This document shows, one piece after another, positions 36,261 to 44,872 of a stretch of DNA of 64,000 nucleotides. The notes beneath the pieces are model-generated. The model did not search any database. It was given only the letters and a program-made list of their open reading frames with translations, and had not been told where the DNA came from. The stretch spans positions 1-64,000 of the IMG/VR virus record IMGVR_UViG_3300030433_001358; one strand, 5' to 3'. Each line of letters starts with the position of its first letter. Position 1 is the stretch's first letter. This stretch comes from a virus. Lineage: Duplodnaviria; Caudoviricetes. The translations under genes were made by a program, and so were the position numbers.

Positions 36261-36321
36261 GAGCGAGCGGCAATGCTAAAATGACACCACTAGTCACGGG
36301 TGGATGATGAGGCGTTCGCAG

Positions 36322-36459
36322 ATGTCAAAGCAATCTATCAAATCCAAACTAATCGCAGCATTCGCAGCAGCAGGTATTAGTGCCTCTGCTGCTTATGTAG
36401 CATATGATTTAACATACCCCTCTGAAGGATTAGTACAAGAAGTATACCTTGATCCTGTT
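36322..36459 (+). pseudogene. orphan 5' end of a SAR endolysin
   Basis: MSKQSIKSKLIAAFAAAGISASAAYVAYDLTYPSEGLVQEVYLDPV; homology stops where the antisense endonuclease stop codon begins. Confidence 0.7.
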
Positions 36460-37168
36460 ATTGATTCCATAAACACACAGTCTCCCTGCCAACCAACATA
36501 TCCGTCTGTATGGAGGTAATTACGGTCTCAATGGAATCAATAACCCTTAAGTTTACTTCTGGCTCTTGTATGTACCTACTAATAGCAAACCTCAGTGCTC
36601 GTATTTTCGCTTCTTGCCAAGCGTGGTGAGCAATCATAGGTTCTGTGAAATACCCAAGAATTTCCCGCTTACCGTTACCTGTCGTCTTACAATAAGACAT
36701 GAACTTTCCTGTAGATTCTACTTTGCTTACACCCAAGGGGTACTCACCTCTTATTGCGGAAGAAGTTCCTGTTATCTTGTTTAGGTATTGCGGTATAAAA
36801 CAGCAAGAATTTTCGGAGTATATTTTATCGCCATCCCCTAAAATATCTTTGTCTAGAGACCAATACCTTCCGGGAGCGTCTTTGCAAAGATATCCGGGTT
36901 GGTCTGAGCACCACTCCGCAAAGAAGTCAAAGCTCTTAAAAGCGTTGGTAGCCCCGCATACTGAAGCACTCTTTGTTTGGTAGTGCCCACCCTGAAGACA
37001 GCGTGAGTTAATTTTACTCCAGACACTGAACGCCCTTGTGGAGTAATTGTGCTTCACACCAGATAAGGTATCTGTAAAGGAGAATGTTTTTATATAAAAA
37101 CCATCCCTATCCTTGAAGTCTGGTAAATTTACTATAGATACAGTTTTTCGTGTGTCTTTCTTACGCAT
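36458..37168 (-). CDS. homing endonuclease (HNH/His-Me family), antisense within the lysis cassette
   Basis: AF.VW..I..RC, F..FAEWC, WSLDKDIL.....YS..SCCFIP; paralog of 47194 and 59728; AAGGAG SD. Confidence 0.75.
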   Translation of the reverse strand: MRKKDTRKTVSIVNLPDFKDRDGFYIKTFSFTDTLSGVKHNYSTRAFSVWSKINSRCLQGGHYQTKSASVCGATNAFKSFDFFAEWCSDQPGYLCKDAPGRYWSLDKDILGDGDKIYSENSCCFIPQYLNKITGTSSAIRGEYPLGVSKVESTGKFMSYCKTTGNGKREILGYFTEPMIAHHAWQEAKIRALRFAISRYIQEPEVNLRVIDSIETVITSIQTDMLVGRETVCLWNQ

Positions 37169-37183
37169 GTAGAGGTCGCTCCT

Positions 37184-37705
37184 TTGAATTTAAAAAGTAA
37201 CAAAAATATACACCGCTGGTTAATAGCCGCCGGCTTATCTTCAACAATTGCACTGTCTGGCGGTATTGTTTCATACTTTGAAGGAAAAAGCAATACCGCG
37301 TACCTTGATCCGGTAAATATCTGGACAATTTGTTATGGTGAGACTAGAGGGGTTAGTGAAGGGGATTTCAAGACGGATGAAGAATGCCTTCAATCCCTTT
37401 CAGAAGAGCTCCAAGTCCATCACCAGCAAATGGTTAGGTATATCAAAATCCCTATCACAGAAAAAGAAGAGGCTGCATATCTGTCCTTTACCTATAATGT
37501 AGGTGACGGTGCTTTTAGACGCTCCACTCTTCTGAGGAAACTTAACGAGGGTGACAGGGTAGGGGCTTGTAATGAGTTGCTGCGTTGGAATAAAGCTGGT
37601 GGTAAGGTACTCAGGGGTCTTACTTTACGTAGAGAAACTGAAAGAACTCTTTGTTTGGAGGGTGTGGCAGAATATGAAAAAGCTCGCAAAGAACTGGAAG
37701 AATAG
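37184..37705 (+). CDS. endolysin (GH24 lysozyme, SAR-type N-terminus)
   Basis: FEG..TAYLDPVNIWTICYG (E-D-T triad), SFTYNVG.GAF..STLLRKLN, GL..RR..E. Confidence 0.9.
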   Translation: MNLKSNKNIHRWLIAAGLSSTIALSGGIVSYFEGKSNTAYLDPVNIWTICYGETRGVSEGDFKTDEECLQSLSEELQVHHQQMVRYIKIPITEKEEAAYLSFTYNVGDGAFRRSTLLRKLNEGDRVGACNELLRWNKAGGKVLRGLTLRRETERTLCLEGVAEYEKARKELEE

Positions 37706-37919
37706 ACTGCTACGTTCCTATTCCTCCTTGGCTATTATTGCCAACGTTCTTGTTGCTGCTTCTGTCTCTGGTTTATCTGTACTAGGGGTAATCAGCAATG
37801 TCATTACGATTCCACTTCTGGTTGGTCTTGCTGCTATTTTTGGGGTTCTTGGTTTGCTTGGCAGGGTATTGGATCAGGGTATTGATGATCTTAAAGGAGA
37901 AGATGAGGATGTTCAATAA
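37674..37919 (+). CDS. putative holin
   Basis: 81 aa, two hydrophobic helices, overlaps the endolysin end, GGAGG SD. Confidence 0.65.
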   Translation: MKKLAKNWKNRLLRSYSSLAIIANVLVAASVSGLSVLGVISNVITIPLLVGLAAIFGVLGLLGRVLDQGIDDLKGEDEDVQ

Positions 37920-38346
37920 GTATATCCTAATTGCATTTCTCATCTCTCTTTCTGCCAACTTCGGATTAACATACGCAACATATCAGCTCCATTCTAAAGT
38001 GGCTGTTACAGAAGAGAAGTTATCTCTGTGTCAACAGAGCAATAAAGAAAAAGATGAAGAGATTGAAAAGCTAGAATTAGCTTGTGCTGTCTCTGAAGAT
38101 ATTATTGCTGAGTATGCAGAGACGAAGAAAGAAGTTGACCAAGAGGAAGAAGACGCTCTTTCCCAACTAGAAGAATTGCATTCAGAGCAACTACGTTCAA
38201 CTGAATCACAATCAGCACCACTCGTTAAACAAGAACCGCAAGTACAGCCAGAGGCAACCAATGAAGACAATACTGCTTCCCTTGACGATAAGCTGCCTGC
38301 TGTTGTTACAAGGATGCTCGACCAGCACTATAGAGTATCGAAATAA
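37909..38346 (+). CDS. inner-membrane spanin (Rz-like)
   Basis: N-terminal TM helix plus coiled coil; start at ATG 37909. Confidence 0.7.
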   Translation: MFNKYILIAFLISLSANFGLTYATYQLHSKVAVTEEKLSLCQQSNKEKDEEIEKLELACAVSEDIIAEYAETKKEVDQEEEDALSQLEELHSEQLRSTESQSAPLVKQEPQVQPEATNEDNTASLDDKLPAVVTRMLDQHYRVSK

Positions 38347-38530
38347 ACTTCATTTAATGCCAGATGCTTTACTTGTTGACCCATGTGAGATTAGTCCTGC
38401 TGGAGATACAGTAAGGAGCTTGGCTGAAGGGTATATTAAGAATACGTCTTGTGTAAAACAATATAGACTCCTCCTTGATAAACAGAGACAATACAAAACA
38501 AAAATAATTGAGGTGTATGAAGATGGCTGA
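38261..38530 (+). CDS. outer-membrane spanin lipoprotein (Rz1-like)
   Basis: Lipobox LLLQGC; P..LL.PC motif; overlaps the i-spanin 3' end. Confidence 0.8.
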   Translation: MKTILLPLTISCLLLLQGCSTSTIEYRNKLHLMPDALLVDPCEISPAGDTVRSLAEGYIKNTSCVKQYRLLLDKQRQYKTKIIEVYEDG

Positions 38531-38813
38531 TAGCACAGGTCATAGTGCAAACCAAAGGATCAACAATCTTACGGAGCGATTAGCCATCGGGCTGTTAGTT
38601 CTTATGTTGGGTGGTGTTCAAGCACAGTATTGGGCAGATAAGACAGAATCTAAGGAAGAGATTAAAGAGCTTAATGTTAAGGTGTTAGAGCTATATAGAA
38701 CATCTGTAACCAAACAAGAACTAAAAGAACTTGAAGCTAGGATGACCCAGAATGTCGAGGGGATTCGTAGTGATGTAAGGAACATGCTCACTCTTTATTT
38801 AAAAGATAAATAA
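38523..38813 (+). CDS. single-TM coiled-coil membrane protein
   Basis: One TM segment (LAIGLLVLMLGGV) followed by a coiled coil. Confidence 0.6.
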   Translation: MADSTGHSANQRINNLTERLAIGLLVLMLGGVQAQYWADKTESKEEIKELNVKVLELYRTSVTKQELKELEARMTQNVEGIRSDVRNMLTLYLKDK

Positions 38814-38837
38814 CAAACGGAAAGAAGGAAGAGTGAT

Positions 38838-39191
38838 GTGTTTTGGAAAACGCTTAACCTTGTCGTAAACTTAACTTTCCTTCTGCTTGCTATTACAATT
38901 ATGACCATGCTGTTGAGGAATGATTCATATAGGACAGACCTATCTAATTATGAAATCTCTCTTGAGCAATTAGGACAAGAAATAAACAGAGTAAATAGAA
39001 GTAACTTTACATACTTAGAAGATAAGATCAATAGAGTGGCTGCAAGTCAAGACAGCTATCAAGCGAATATCACTAGACGTATTGAAGTTATTGAGGCGAG
39101 ACAGAAAGCCATACTAGAAAGCCGTAGCAACACAAGAGTTATTAACAATAACACGGCTACAGCTAATGGTGTTCCGTTGAATGCGGAGTAG
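38838..39191 (+). CDS. single-TM coiled-coil membrane protein
   Basis: N-terminal hydrophobic helix plus heptad-rich region. Confidence 0.6.
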   Translation: MFWKTLNLVVNLTFLLLAITIMTMLLRNDSYRTDLSNYEISLEQLGQEINRVNRSNFTYLEDKINRVAASQDSYQANITRRIEVIEARQKAILESRSNTRVINNNTATANGVPLNAE

Positions 39192-39265
39192 AATAAAATA
39201 AAGAAGCTGCTAATAAAGCAGACGAATAATAATGGAAATGGTTGTTATATTTCCTCCTCGGATAT

Positions 39266-39312
39266 AGAAAAGCCCCGCCACTTCGTAATTGAGGTGAGCG
39301 GGGCTTCTTTTT
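39266..39312. terminator. bidirectional intrinsic terminator between convergent modules
   Basis: AAGCCCCGC...GCGGGGCTT long stem, with an A tract before and a T tract after. Confidence 0.85.
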
Positions 39313-39317
39313 GTCTG

Positions 39318-39536
39318 TTATTTGTACAGTGCTTGAACTAGCCTCCACATCGAGAACTGTTTAGTCTTTGCCGACTCTTCACGATCATCAGAGATGGTGC
39401 TACCAAGGGCATCACGTGCGGATTTAAATGCTTTACCATCCACATTTAGGCAAATAAGTAACGCATCTACTTCTGCTTGACTCTCCAAAACAATTGTTAC
39501 AGGTTTAAACTCTTTTTCCTCTTGTGTTACTTTCAT
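39318..39536 (-). CDS. hypothetical protein
   Basis: FKPVTIVLESQAEVDAL motif common in lytic-phage small proteins. Confidence 0.65.
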   Translation of the reverse strand: MKVTQEEKEFKPVTIVLESQAEVDALLICLNVDGKAFKSARDALGSTISDDREESAKTKQFSMWRLVQALYK

Positions 39537-40069
39537 TGTTCTTTCTCCTTAAACATTTGGAAGCGTTCTTCATAGAACTTGTCCTTAGCTCGACAAACAG
39601 CAGAACGTCGCTCTCCTGCTCCCCCAAACAATTCATCACCAACAAACATTCCTTTCATGTCAGGACTTGTTGTTGGGATAGGGGAGCCTTTACCATACAC
39701 ATCAAAGAACTTTGCCTCATTTTGAATAGCTTGGTAATGATTGCCAGCAATACCGTAACCTTTACCCCAACTCTCCAGAGCATACACAGTCTTACCTAGA
39801 TTCCGAGCAAACTCAATTTCTTTCATGGTAGACTCTCCGATATAGGCATGTCTGTTTAACACAAGGATGGCATCAGAGTTCCGAATCTTATCAAGATGTA
39901 CTTGGTCCAACACTTGTTTTTGTTCTTCGGTGTACCAATCCTTCCCACTTTGTTTATCACTAGGGTAAACGCTTAGACTGTACACCACATGTCCACACAA
40001 TGAGAGTTGTTCATTCCAGAATTTAAAATAATCTTCAAATCGTGCACTACCGCATAGCGTAATTTTCAT
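39533..40069 (-). CDS. nucleoside 2-deoxyribosyltransferase-like protein
   Basis: ITLCGS.RF, H..KI..SDAILVLN..AYIGEST..EIEFA...GK.V Rossmann-like NDT pattern. Confidence 0.6.
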   Translation of the reverse strand: MKITLCGSARFEDYFKFWNEQLSLCGHVVYSLSVYPSDKQSGKDWYTEEQKQVLDQVHLDKIRNSDAILVLNRHAYIGESTMKEIEFARNLGKTVYALESWGKGYGIAGNHYQAIQNEAKFFDVYGKGSPIPTTSPDMKGMFVGDELFGGAGERRSAVCRAKDKFYEERFQMFKEKEQ

Positions 40070-40494
40070 TGCTGTTTCTCCTCTTGTTCTTGCAGCTCTT
40101 CTTCTAGACGAGATACCCGCTGCTTGAGATAATTGTTTTCTTCACTAAGTTTAGTGTTCTTTTCGTGTAACTTCTTCATCTGATCTTTGACACTAATCAT
40201 TTGTTCCATTGGCAGAGCTTCATACTTCTCAAGAATAGCTGTGCTCTCCCCTGCATGAATGATTAGGTCGGGACGGGGTGGTTCATTATAAGGTTCTCCA
40301 CCCTCAAACTTAACGCTACTCCCGACAGTGATGGTACAGTCCAGTTTGACACCCTTAGCACCATAATAGTCTTTTTGTACTGCCACTACGTTCGTTTCAA
40401 ACATACGCAACATGTCTTGCACATATTCAACCTTCTCCACAGGAATGTTGATAATTAGGTCAGTTGCACCATTGGTTTTTACTTGCATCAGCAT
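40066..40494 (-). CDS. hypothetical protein with C-terminal coiled coil
   Basis: 142-aa ORF, GGAG SD. Confidence 0.65.
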   Translation of the reverse strand: MLMQVKTNGATDLIINIPVEKVEYVQDMLRMFETNVVAVQKDYYGAKGVKLDCTITVGSSVKFEGGEPYNEPPRPDLIIHAGESTAILEKYEALPMEQMISVKDQMKKLHEKNTKLSEENNYLKQRVSRLEEELQEQEEKQQ

Positions 40495-40523
40495 ATTTTA
40501 GTTCTCCTTCGTTTAATTAAACA

Positions 40524-40826
40524 TCAATTTTCAATAGCAAGGATAAGACGATCTCCCTTACCTGCTTCCATACATCCTTCGTAAATATTACCACTCTCAT
40601 CTCCAAACCATTTCAGATAGAATACAGATTGAGGGTATTCCTTGTCAAGCTCTTTTACAAGATCAAGAGCTTCTTGTAGAGATAAACCGTGAACAATTGT
40701 CTCCTTGTGTCCTCCGGCATTACTCTCTATCTTCATAATAAATTCAGCTACGTTCATACTGTCCTCCTCCACTCGTTTAAATCCAAAGATACCCATAAAC
40801 GTATCTGCTGCTTGTAAGTTACTCAT
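40524..40826 (-). CDS. hypothetical protein
   Basis: 100-aa ORF overlapping the upstream stop. Confidence 0.55.
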   Translation of the reverse strand: MSNLQAADTFMGIFGFKRVEEDSMNVAEFIMKIESNAGGHKETIVHGLSLQEALDLVKELDKEYPQSVFYLKWFGDESGNIYEGCMEAGKGDRLILAIEN

Positions 40827-41085
40827 TCTTACCCCTTTCTATCAGCATGGTGTCGGCCATCTTGTACGCAAAATGGGCAATAACTCCATCCACGTCGCCG
40901 TCGCCGTTGGCGGCAATAGACTTCATTTCGAGAATCTGCCATTCGGGGCCAGATAGAATAGCCTGCATCACCTTGGCCGCAAAGTAATCACGCAGGGTCA
41001 TACCATCTGTAATTACGTGACCCTCGTAACGCTCGCCCGGATTAAGCCGAATCGGAAACGCTGGACCACCTGTGTCTTTGCTCAT
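40819..41085 (-). CDS. conserved phage hypothetical protein, GC-rich
   Basis: GGPAFP...GMTLRDYFAAK.MQA...AY.MAD.ML..R family; GAGGAGG SD before ATG 41085. Confidence 0.7.
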   Translation of the reverse strand: MSKDTGGPAFPIRLNPGERYEGHVITDGMTLRDYFAAKVMQAILSGPEWQILEMKSIAANGDGDVDGVIAHFAYKMADTMLIERGKNE

Positions 41086-41098
41086 AACACCATCCTCC

Positions 41099-41308
41099 TC
41101 AATACCCACAACTATCTTCTTCGTAGAAGTGATCTTCGGCAATTACTCCAGCTACGATTAGTGCAGGCCATGTTAGAGTAGCAATCCCAACATCAGCAAC
41201 ATCTACTTTGATGGGGTGTCCACAGTCTTTTGATACTTGAACAATACTACCACCAAAGATTGCACCACCAATAATCAGATAGATAATAAATGCAATTATG
41301 TTTTTCAT
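41099..41308 (-). CDS. small membrane protein
   Basis: Two hydrophobic segments, WP motif, GGAGGT SD. Confidence 0.6.
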   Translation of the reverse strand: MKNIIAFIIYLIIGGAIFGGSIVQVSKDCGHPIKVDVADVGIATLTWPALIVAGVIAEDHFYEEDSCGY

Positions 41309-41366
41309 GTCACCTCCTTTTTAGTTTAATAACAATTGAATTTACGCCGATTATTACCGTAAACTC

Positions 41367-42074
41367 TCAATTCCATAAACTCTTACGAATCTTAATCAGA
41401 GCAATCAGCATCTGACCCTCTTCCTGTTGATACTTCTCTTCAAGTTCCTTGAGCTTCTCCAACACTATAACATCTTCTTCTGATCTTTCAAGCATAAATG
41501 TTTTACTGTCGCACAGAGTACTCCAACCACTCTCCTCCATGAGATCACGATCTTTGTTAGCCTTCCACCACTCATAGATACGTTGTTGCTCTTTAGCAGC
41601 TAACGCTTGTCGTGTAGGCTGTCCGTATTCTGGATGGTCTTCAGTATATCCCATACCCTCATCACATACAAGACCCATTTCCCAAAGAAGATGATCCAAT
41701 CCTTTCTCTTTCTCAATGTACTTCTCTAACTCTCCAAACAGACAACGAGAGATACGATGATCGAGGTCATACCACTGTCCTTTCTCCAGTCCCCCATCCA
41801 GAACGTGAGTGTTCCCCATTACATTACGAACGTATACACGAATGCTGTGTACAATGTCAATAGGGAACATTAGAACATTCTGAAGATGGTCAGGAGCCTC
41901 TTCCAGCATCCAGTGAAGGATTGGGTAAGACTTCTTAAAATCTTCTTCATACTTATTCCACCCCTCCATAGAGGCATACTTAGGCTTTTTGATTCCTAAT
42001 AGTTTCTCACGAATAAACGATACAGGGCGTGAGCATGACCAATATGTGTAACGTTGTTTACGATAGAATTTCAT
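41367..42074 (-). CDS. hypothetical protein
   Basis: 235-aa ORF with GAGGAGG SD after a promoter. Confidence 0.75.
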   Translation of the reverse strand: MKFYRKQRYTYWSCSRPVSFIREKLLGIKKPKYASMEGWNKYEEDFKKSYPILHWMLEEAPDHLQNVLMFPIDIVHSIRVYVRNVMGNTHVLDGGLEKGQWYDLDHRISRCLFGELEKYIEKEKGLDHLLWEMGLVCDEGMGYTEDHPEYGQPTRQALAAKEQQRIYEWWKANKDRDLMEESGWSTLCDSKTFMLERSEEDVIVLEKLKELEEKYQQEEGQMLIALIKIRKSLWN

Positions 42075-42094
42075 TTAATGTTCCTCCTCTGCAA

Positions 42095-42134
42095 ATAAAA
42101 ATACCCCCACCAACTTTTTAGGGTCAGTGAGGGC
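42095..42134 (-). terminator. intrinsic terminator after nrdA
   Basis: GCCCTCACTGAC/GTTGGTGGGGGT 12-bp stem with wobbles, then ATTTTTATTT. Confidence 0.6.
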
Positions 42135-42135
42135 T

Positions 42136-42164
42136 AGTGTAGTGTAGTTATTGTCGTGTGTCAA
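42136..42164 (-). promoter_or_regulatory. sigma70-type promoter
   Basis: TTGACA (42164-59), 17-nt spacer, TACACT (42141-36). Confidence 0.6.
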
Positions 42165-42176
42165 GGAATTATTTAC

Positions 42177-43868
42177 TTACATACAAGCAGCACAGTCATC
42201 CTTACTTGCTTGAACACCAGCTTTTGAGTAGACGTAGTAAAGACCAAGAATCTTCTCACTTTCAATAGCATATTGATGTACTTGAGAAATGTATTCTTCA
42301 TCTTCCCCGGCAGCGAAAAACAGATTTAGGCTCTGCCACTGATCCAGATAGTCAGAACGTGCCTCTGCTTGCCGTAGGATTGCCATTTGGTCAATCTCAA
42401 AAGCTGTTCGGAATACCAATTTCTCTTCGTCTGTGAAGCAGTCTTCTTGCTGAATACTCCCCATGTTATCCCGAATACGTTCAATCAGCGCTCGACTATA
42501 GATTCCTTTCTCTTTCATCAGTTTTAGTAAGAAAGGATTGACCCGATCTACCTCACCACCAGCACTCCGTTGTGTGAACACCATTGCGGTATCTGGGTTA
42601 ATACCTTCACTAACACCGCCCATAATAAGGGCTGTTGACTTTGTTGGAGCCACTGCAAGAAGGTGACTATTAGCCCGCCCATAACCTTTACACCATTCTG
42701 GTTCTCCCCATTGCTCTGCAATCCATTTGGTTGCCTTCTCGGCCTCTTCACGAATATGTTTGAACAATTGACGGTTCAGCATGTGAGCTTCTAGGCCTTC
42801 AAAAGTCACCATCTTACTTTGGAACAACGAGTGTAGACCGCAGACGCCTAATCCAAGAGCGCGAGACTTCTTAGTGAAGGCAACAGCCTTTTCCAAACCA
42901 GCAATGTTTTTAGCACGCTCAATAAACTCTTGAGCTACACAATCAAGAAAGACAGTTGCAACAAAAACAGCATCCGTATTTTTCCACTCATCAAAATGCA
43001 GAGCATTCATGCTGGCCAGTACGCAAGTATATGTATAATCCTTGCTACTGTGTAAAGTGATTTCATCGCAAAGCTGAGCTGCCTTAATATCTAGGTTGTG
43101 GTCCTTATACCATTGTGGACGTTTACGGTTTGCTTTGTCTGGGAAGAAGAAATACCCCTTGCCAGTAACCATCTTAGTTTTTAGTAGTTTCTGATACTTA
43201 CGCACTGCTTCTGGATCGCCCGAGCGCATAGCTTCTGTATCACTATCGTGCCAATTCCATCCAATATTATTTCCATCTGGGTGTTGTTCTAGGTAACTAC
43301 ATACTTCATCAAAATCCCCATGAGACACTGGCAAATACCCGGCCCAACTACCACGTCTAGCAGTTCCTTGTACTACATACTCCATATCGTTCTGTACACC
43401 TTCGATCACAGGAAGGACGCCTGTAGATTTACCACCAGCACTGATCGCAGAACCACGAGGACGAATATCACCAAGATAGCCAGCAGTACCAAAACCATAC
43501 TTAGTTAGGATTGCAGTCTCATGCTTGGCTTTGTAGATACCGTCAATACTGTCTGGGAAATAACTTCCTGCACAAGAAACTGGTAGCCCTCTTGTAGTAC
43601 CGCAATTAGCTAAAATGGGAGTGGATGGACTAAGCCATCCTTTCCACATAATATCAAAAAACTTTTCTTTCCACAGAGCCGGGTCTGGGGTATGTGCTGA
43701 CAATGTAGCAGCAATACGTTGGTACTGCTCTCGCGGATTTACTGCTTGGTACAGATATTTTTCTTTAAACAACTGCCACCCGCCTGTACTCCACCACTCA
43801 GGCATATTCCCTTCAGCCTGTAACTTCTTACGCTCTTCGCTTAGTTTGTCGTACACACCGCTTGTCAT
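42177..43868 (-). CDS. nrdA: ribonucleotide reductase class Ia alpha subunit (short form)
   Basis: SPSTP, VSC, AQLCDEI (thiyl Cys), TCVLAS, AVAPT, GLYY, C-terminal CAAC. Confidence 0.92.
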   Translation of the reverse strand: MTSGVYDKLSEERKKLQAEGNMPEWWSTGGWQLFKEKYLYQAVNPREQYQRIAATLSAHTPDPALWKEKFFDIMWKGWLSPSTPILANCGTTRGLPVSCAGSYFPDSIDGIYKAKHETAILTKYGFGTAGYLGDIRPRGSAISAGGKSTGVLPVIEGVQNDMEYVVQGTARRGSWAGYLPVSHGDFDEVCSYLEQHPDGNNIGWNWHDSDTEAMRSGDPEAVRKYQKLLKTKMVTGKGYFFFPDKANRKRPQWYKDHNLDIKAAQLCDEITLHSSKDYTYTCVLASMNALHFDEWKNTDAVFVATVFLDCVAQEFIERAKNIAGLEKAVAFTKKSRALGLGVCGLHSLFQSKMVTFEGLEAHMLNRQLFKHIREEAEKATKWIAEQWGEPEWCKGYGRANSHLLAVAPTKSTALIMGGVSEGINPDTAMVFTQRSAGGEVDRVNPFLLKLMKEKGIYSRALIERIRDNMGSIQQEDCFTDEEKLVFRTAFEIDQMAILRQAEARSDYLDQWQSLNLFFAAGEDEEYISQVHQYAIESEKILGLYYVYSKAGVQASKDDCAACM

Positions 43869-44872
43869 TGACCCTCCTTATTTACCCATTTAAAACTGTT
43901 TGAATCCCAGTTGCGTTGATATTGGTTTCCCTGACTACTAAAGAAGTCTTGCATTTGGTAGCCATTTATTCCACGGTAGAACCAATCTGCGATAGGATTG
44001 TAATCAACTTCCCATTTATTCTTATAACCAAGCTCTCTCAAGCACTTATTGATACGGCTCTTCGCAAAGTGCTCAAGCTGAACTTCGGTGATACCTTCAA
44101 TCTTACCCTTGCTGAAAATCTTCTTGATAATGATACGCTCATGTTCTAGGACGGTTTCAGCAGCCTCATAAATATCTTTCTCCAACTCTTGCAAGTATAC
44201 ATCGTCAACCAGTCCGGCTCCAATCTTTTCCTGCTTCAGTGTTCGGAATAACCAAGCAGCGGCTTCAGAGTGGAGAGCCTCATCACGGGCTGAAAAATTA
44301 ATTCCACTTACAACATTAAGAAGTTTATTTTTCCCTTGACTCTGAAAATGTTTCAGGAACGCAAAGCTAGTATAAAGAACAGCACCTTCACCAAACGTAA
44401 ATCCACCCAAAGCACGAAGGTCATCTTCCTGATGCAAGACAGTCTCAAGATACTCAATTCGCTGGTTAAGCTCCTCATCTGTTTTATAAGAGTCATAAAA
44501 CTCATCTGTAGCAATACCTAACTCTTCATTTAGCGTCTTGTAGAAAAAGAGGTGAACACCAAGCTCAGTTGCACCAAAGAATGCAGCCATTGGTTGAATA
44601 TCCCCAGCACGAGGAAACTTCTTCATTACAAAATTAAGCCAAAACTCATCTCCAATAATAGCTTCATATTTAGCAAACAAACGTAATGTTTCGATTACAC
44701 CATGACTTTCAGCTTCTGTCATATTGACAAGAATATCTTGTTTATCCTTAGCAACCTTCACTTCGAAATGAGGCCAGAAGATAGATTGTTGTTTATTCAT
44801 AAACTCCACTGCTTCAGGATAATCTACAGTAAACGTATCCTTTGGGGTTTCAATACGTGTTTTCAAAATCAC
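43865..44872 (-). CDS. nrdB: ribonucleotide reductase beta subunit
   Basis: Q..IFW, E..VH...Y, EG..LYTSF, RDEALH, DFF diiron motifs. Confidence 0.92.
   Translation of the reverse strand: MILKTRIETPKDTFTVDYPEAVEFMNKQQSIFWPHFEVKVAKDKQDILVNMTEAESHGVIETLRLFAKYEAIIGDEFWLNFVMKKFPRAGDIQPMAAFFGATELGVHLFFYKTLNEELGIATDEFYDSYKTDEELNQRIEYLETVLHQEDDLRALGGFTFGEGAVLYTSFAFLKHFQSQGKNKLLNVVSGINFSARDEALHSEAAAWLFRTLKQEKIGAGLVDDVYLQELEKDIYEAAETVLEHERIIIKKIFSKGKIEGITEVQLEHFAKSRINKCLRELGYKNKWEVDYNPIADWFYRGINGYQMQDFFSSQGNQYQRNWDSNSFKWVNKEGQ

Noticed and set aside
36460-37315. Group I intron in the endolysin gene
   Set aside because: No P/Q/R/S core or P7 motifs like those in the terL introns. The insert is almost entirely an antisense ORF plus a second endolysin N-terminus.
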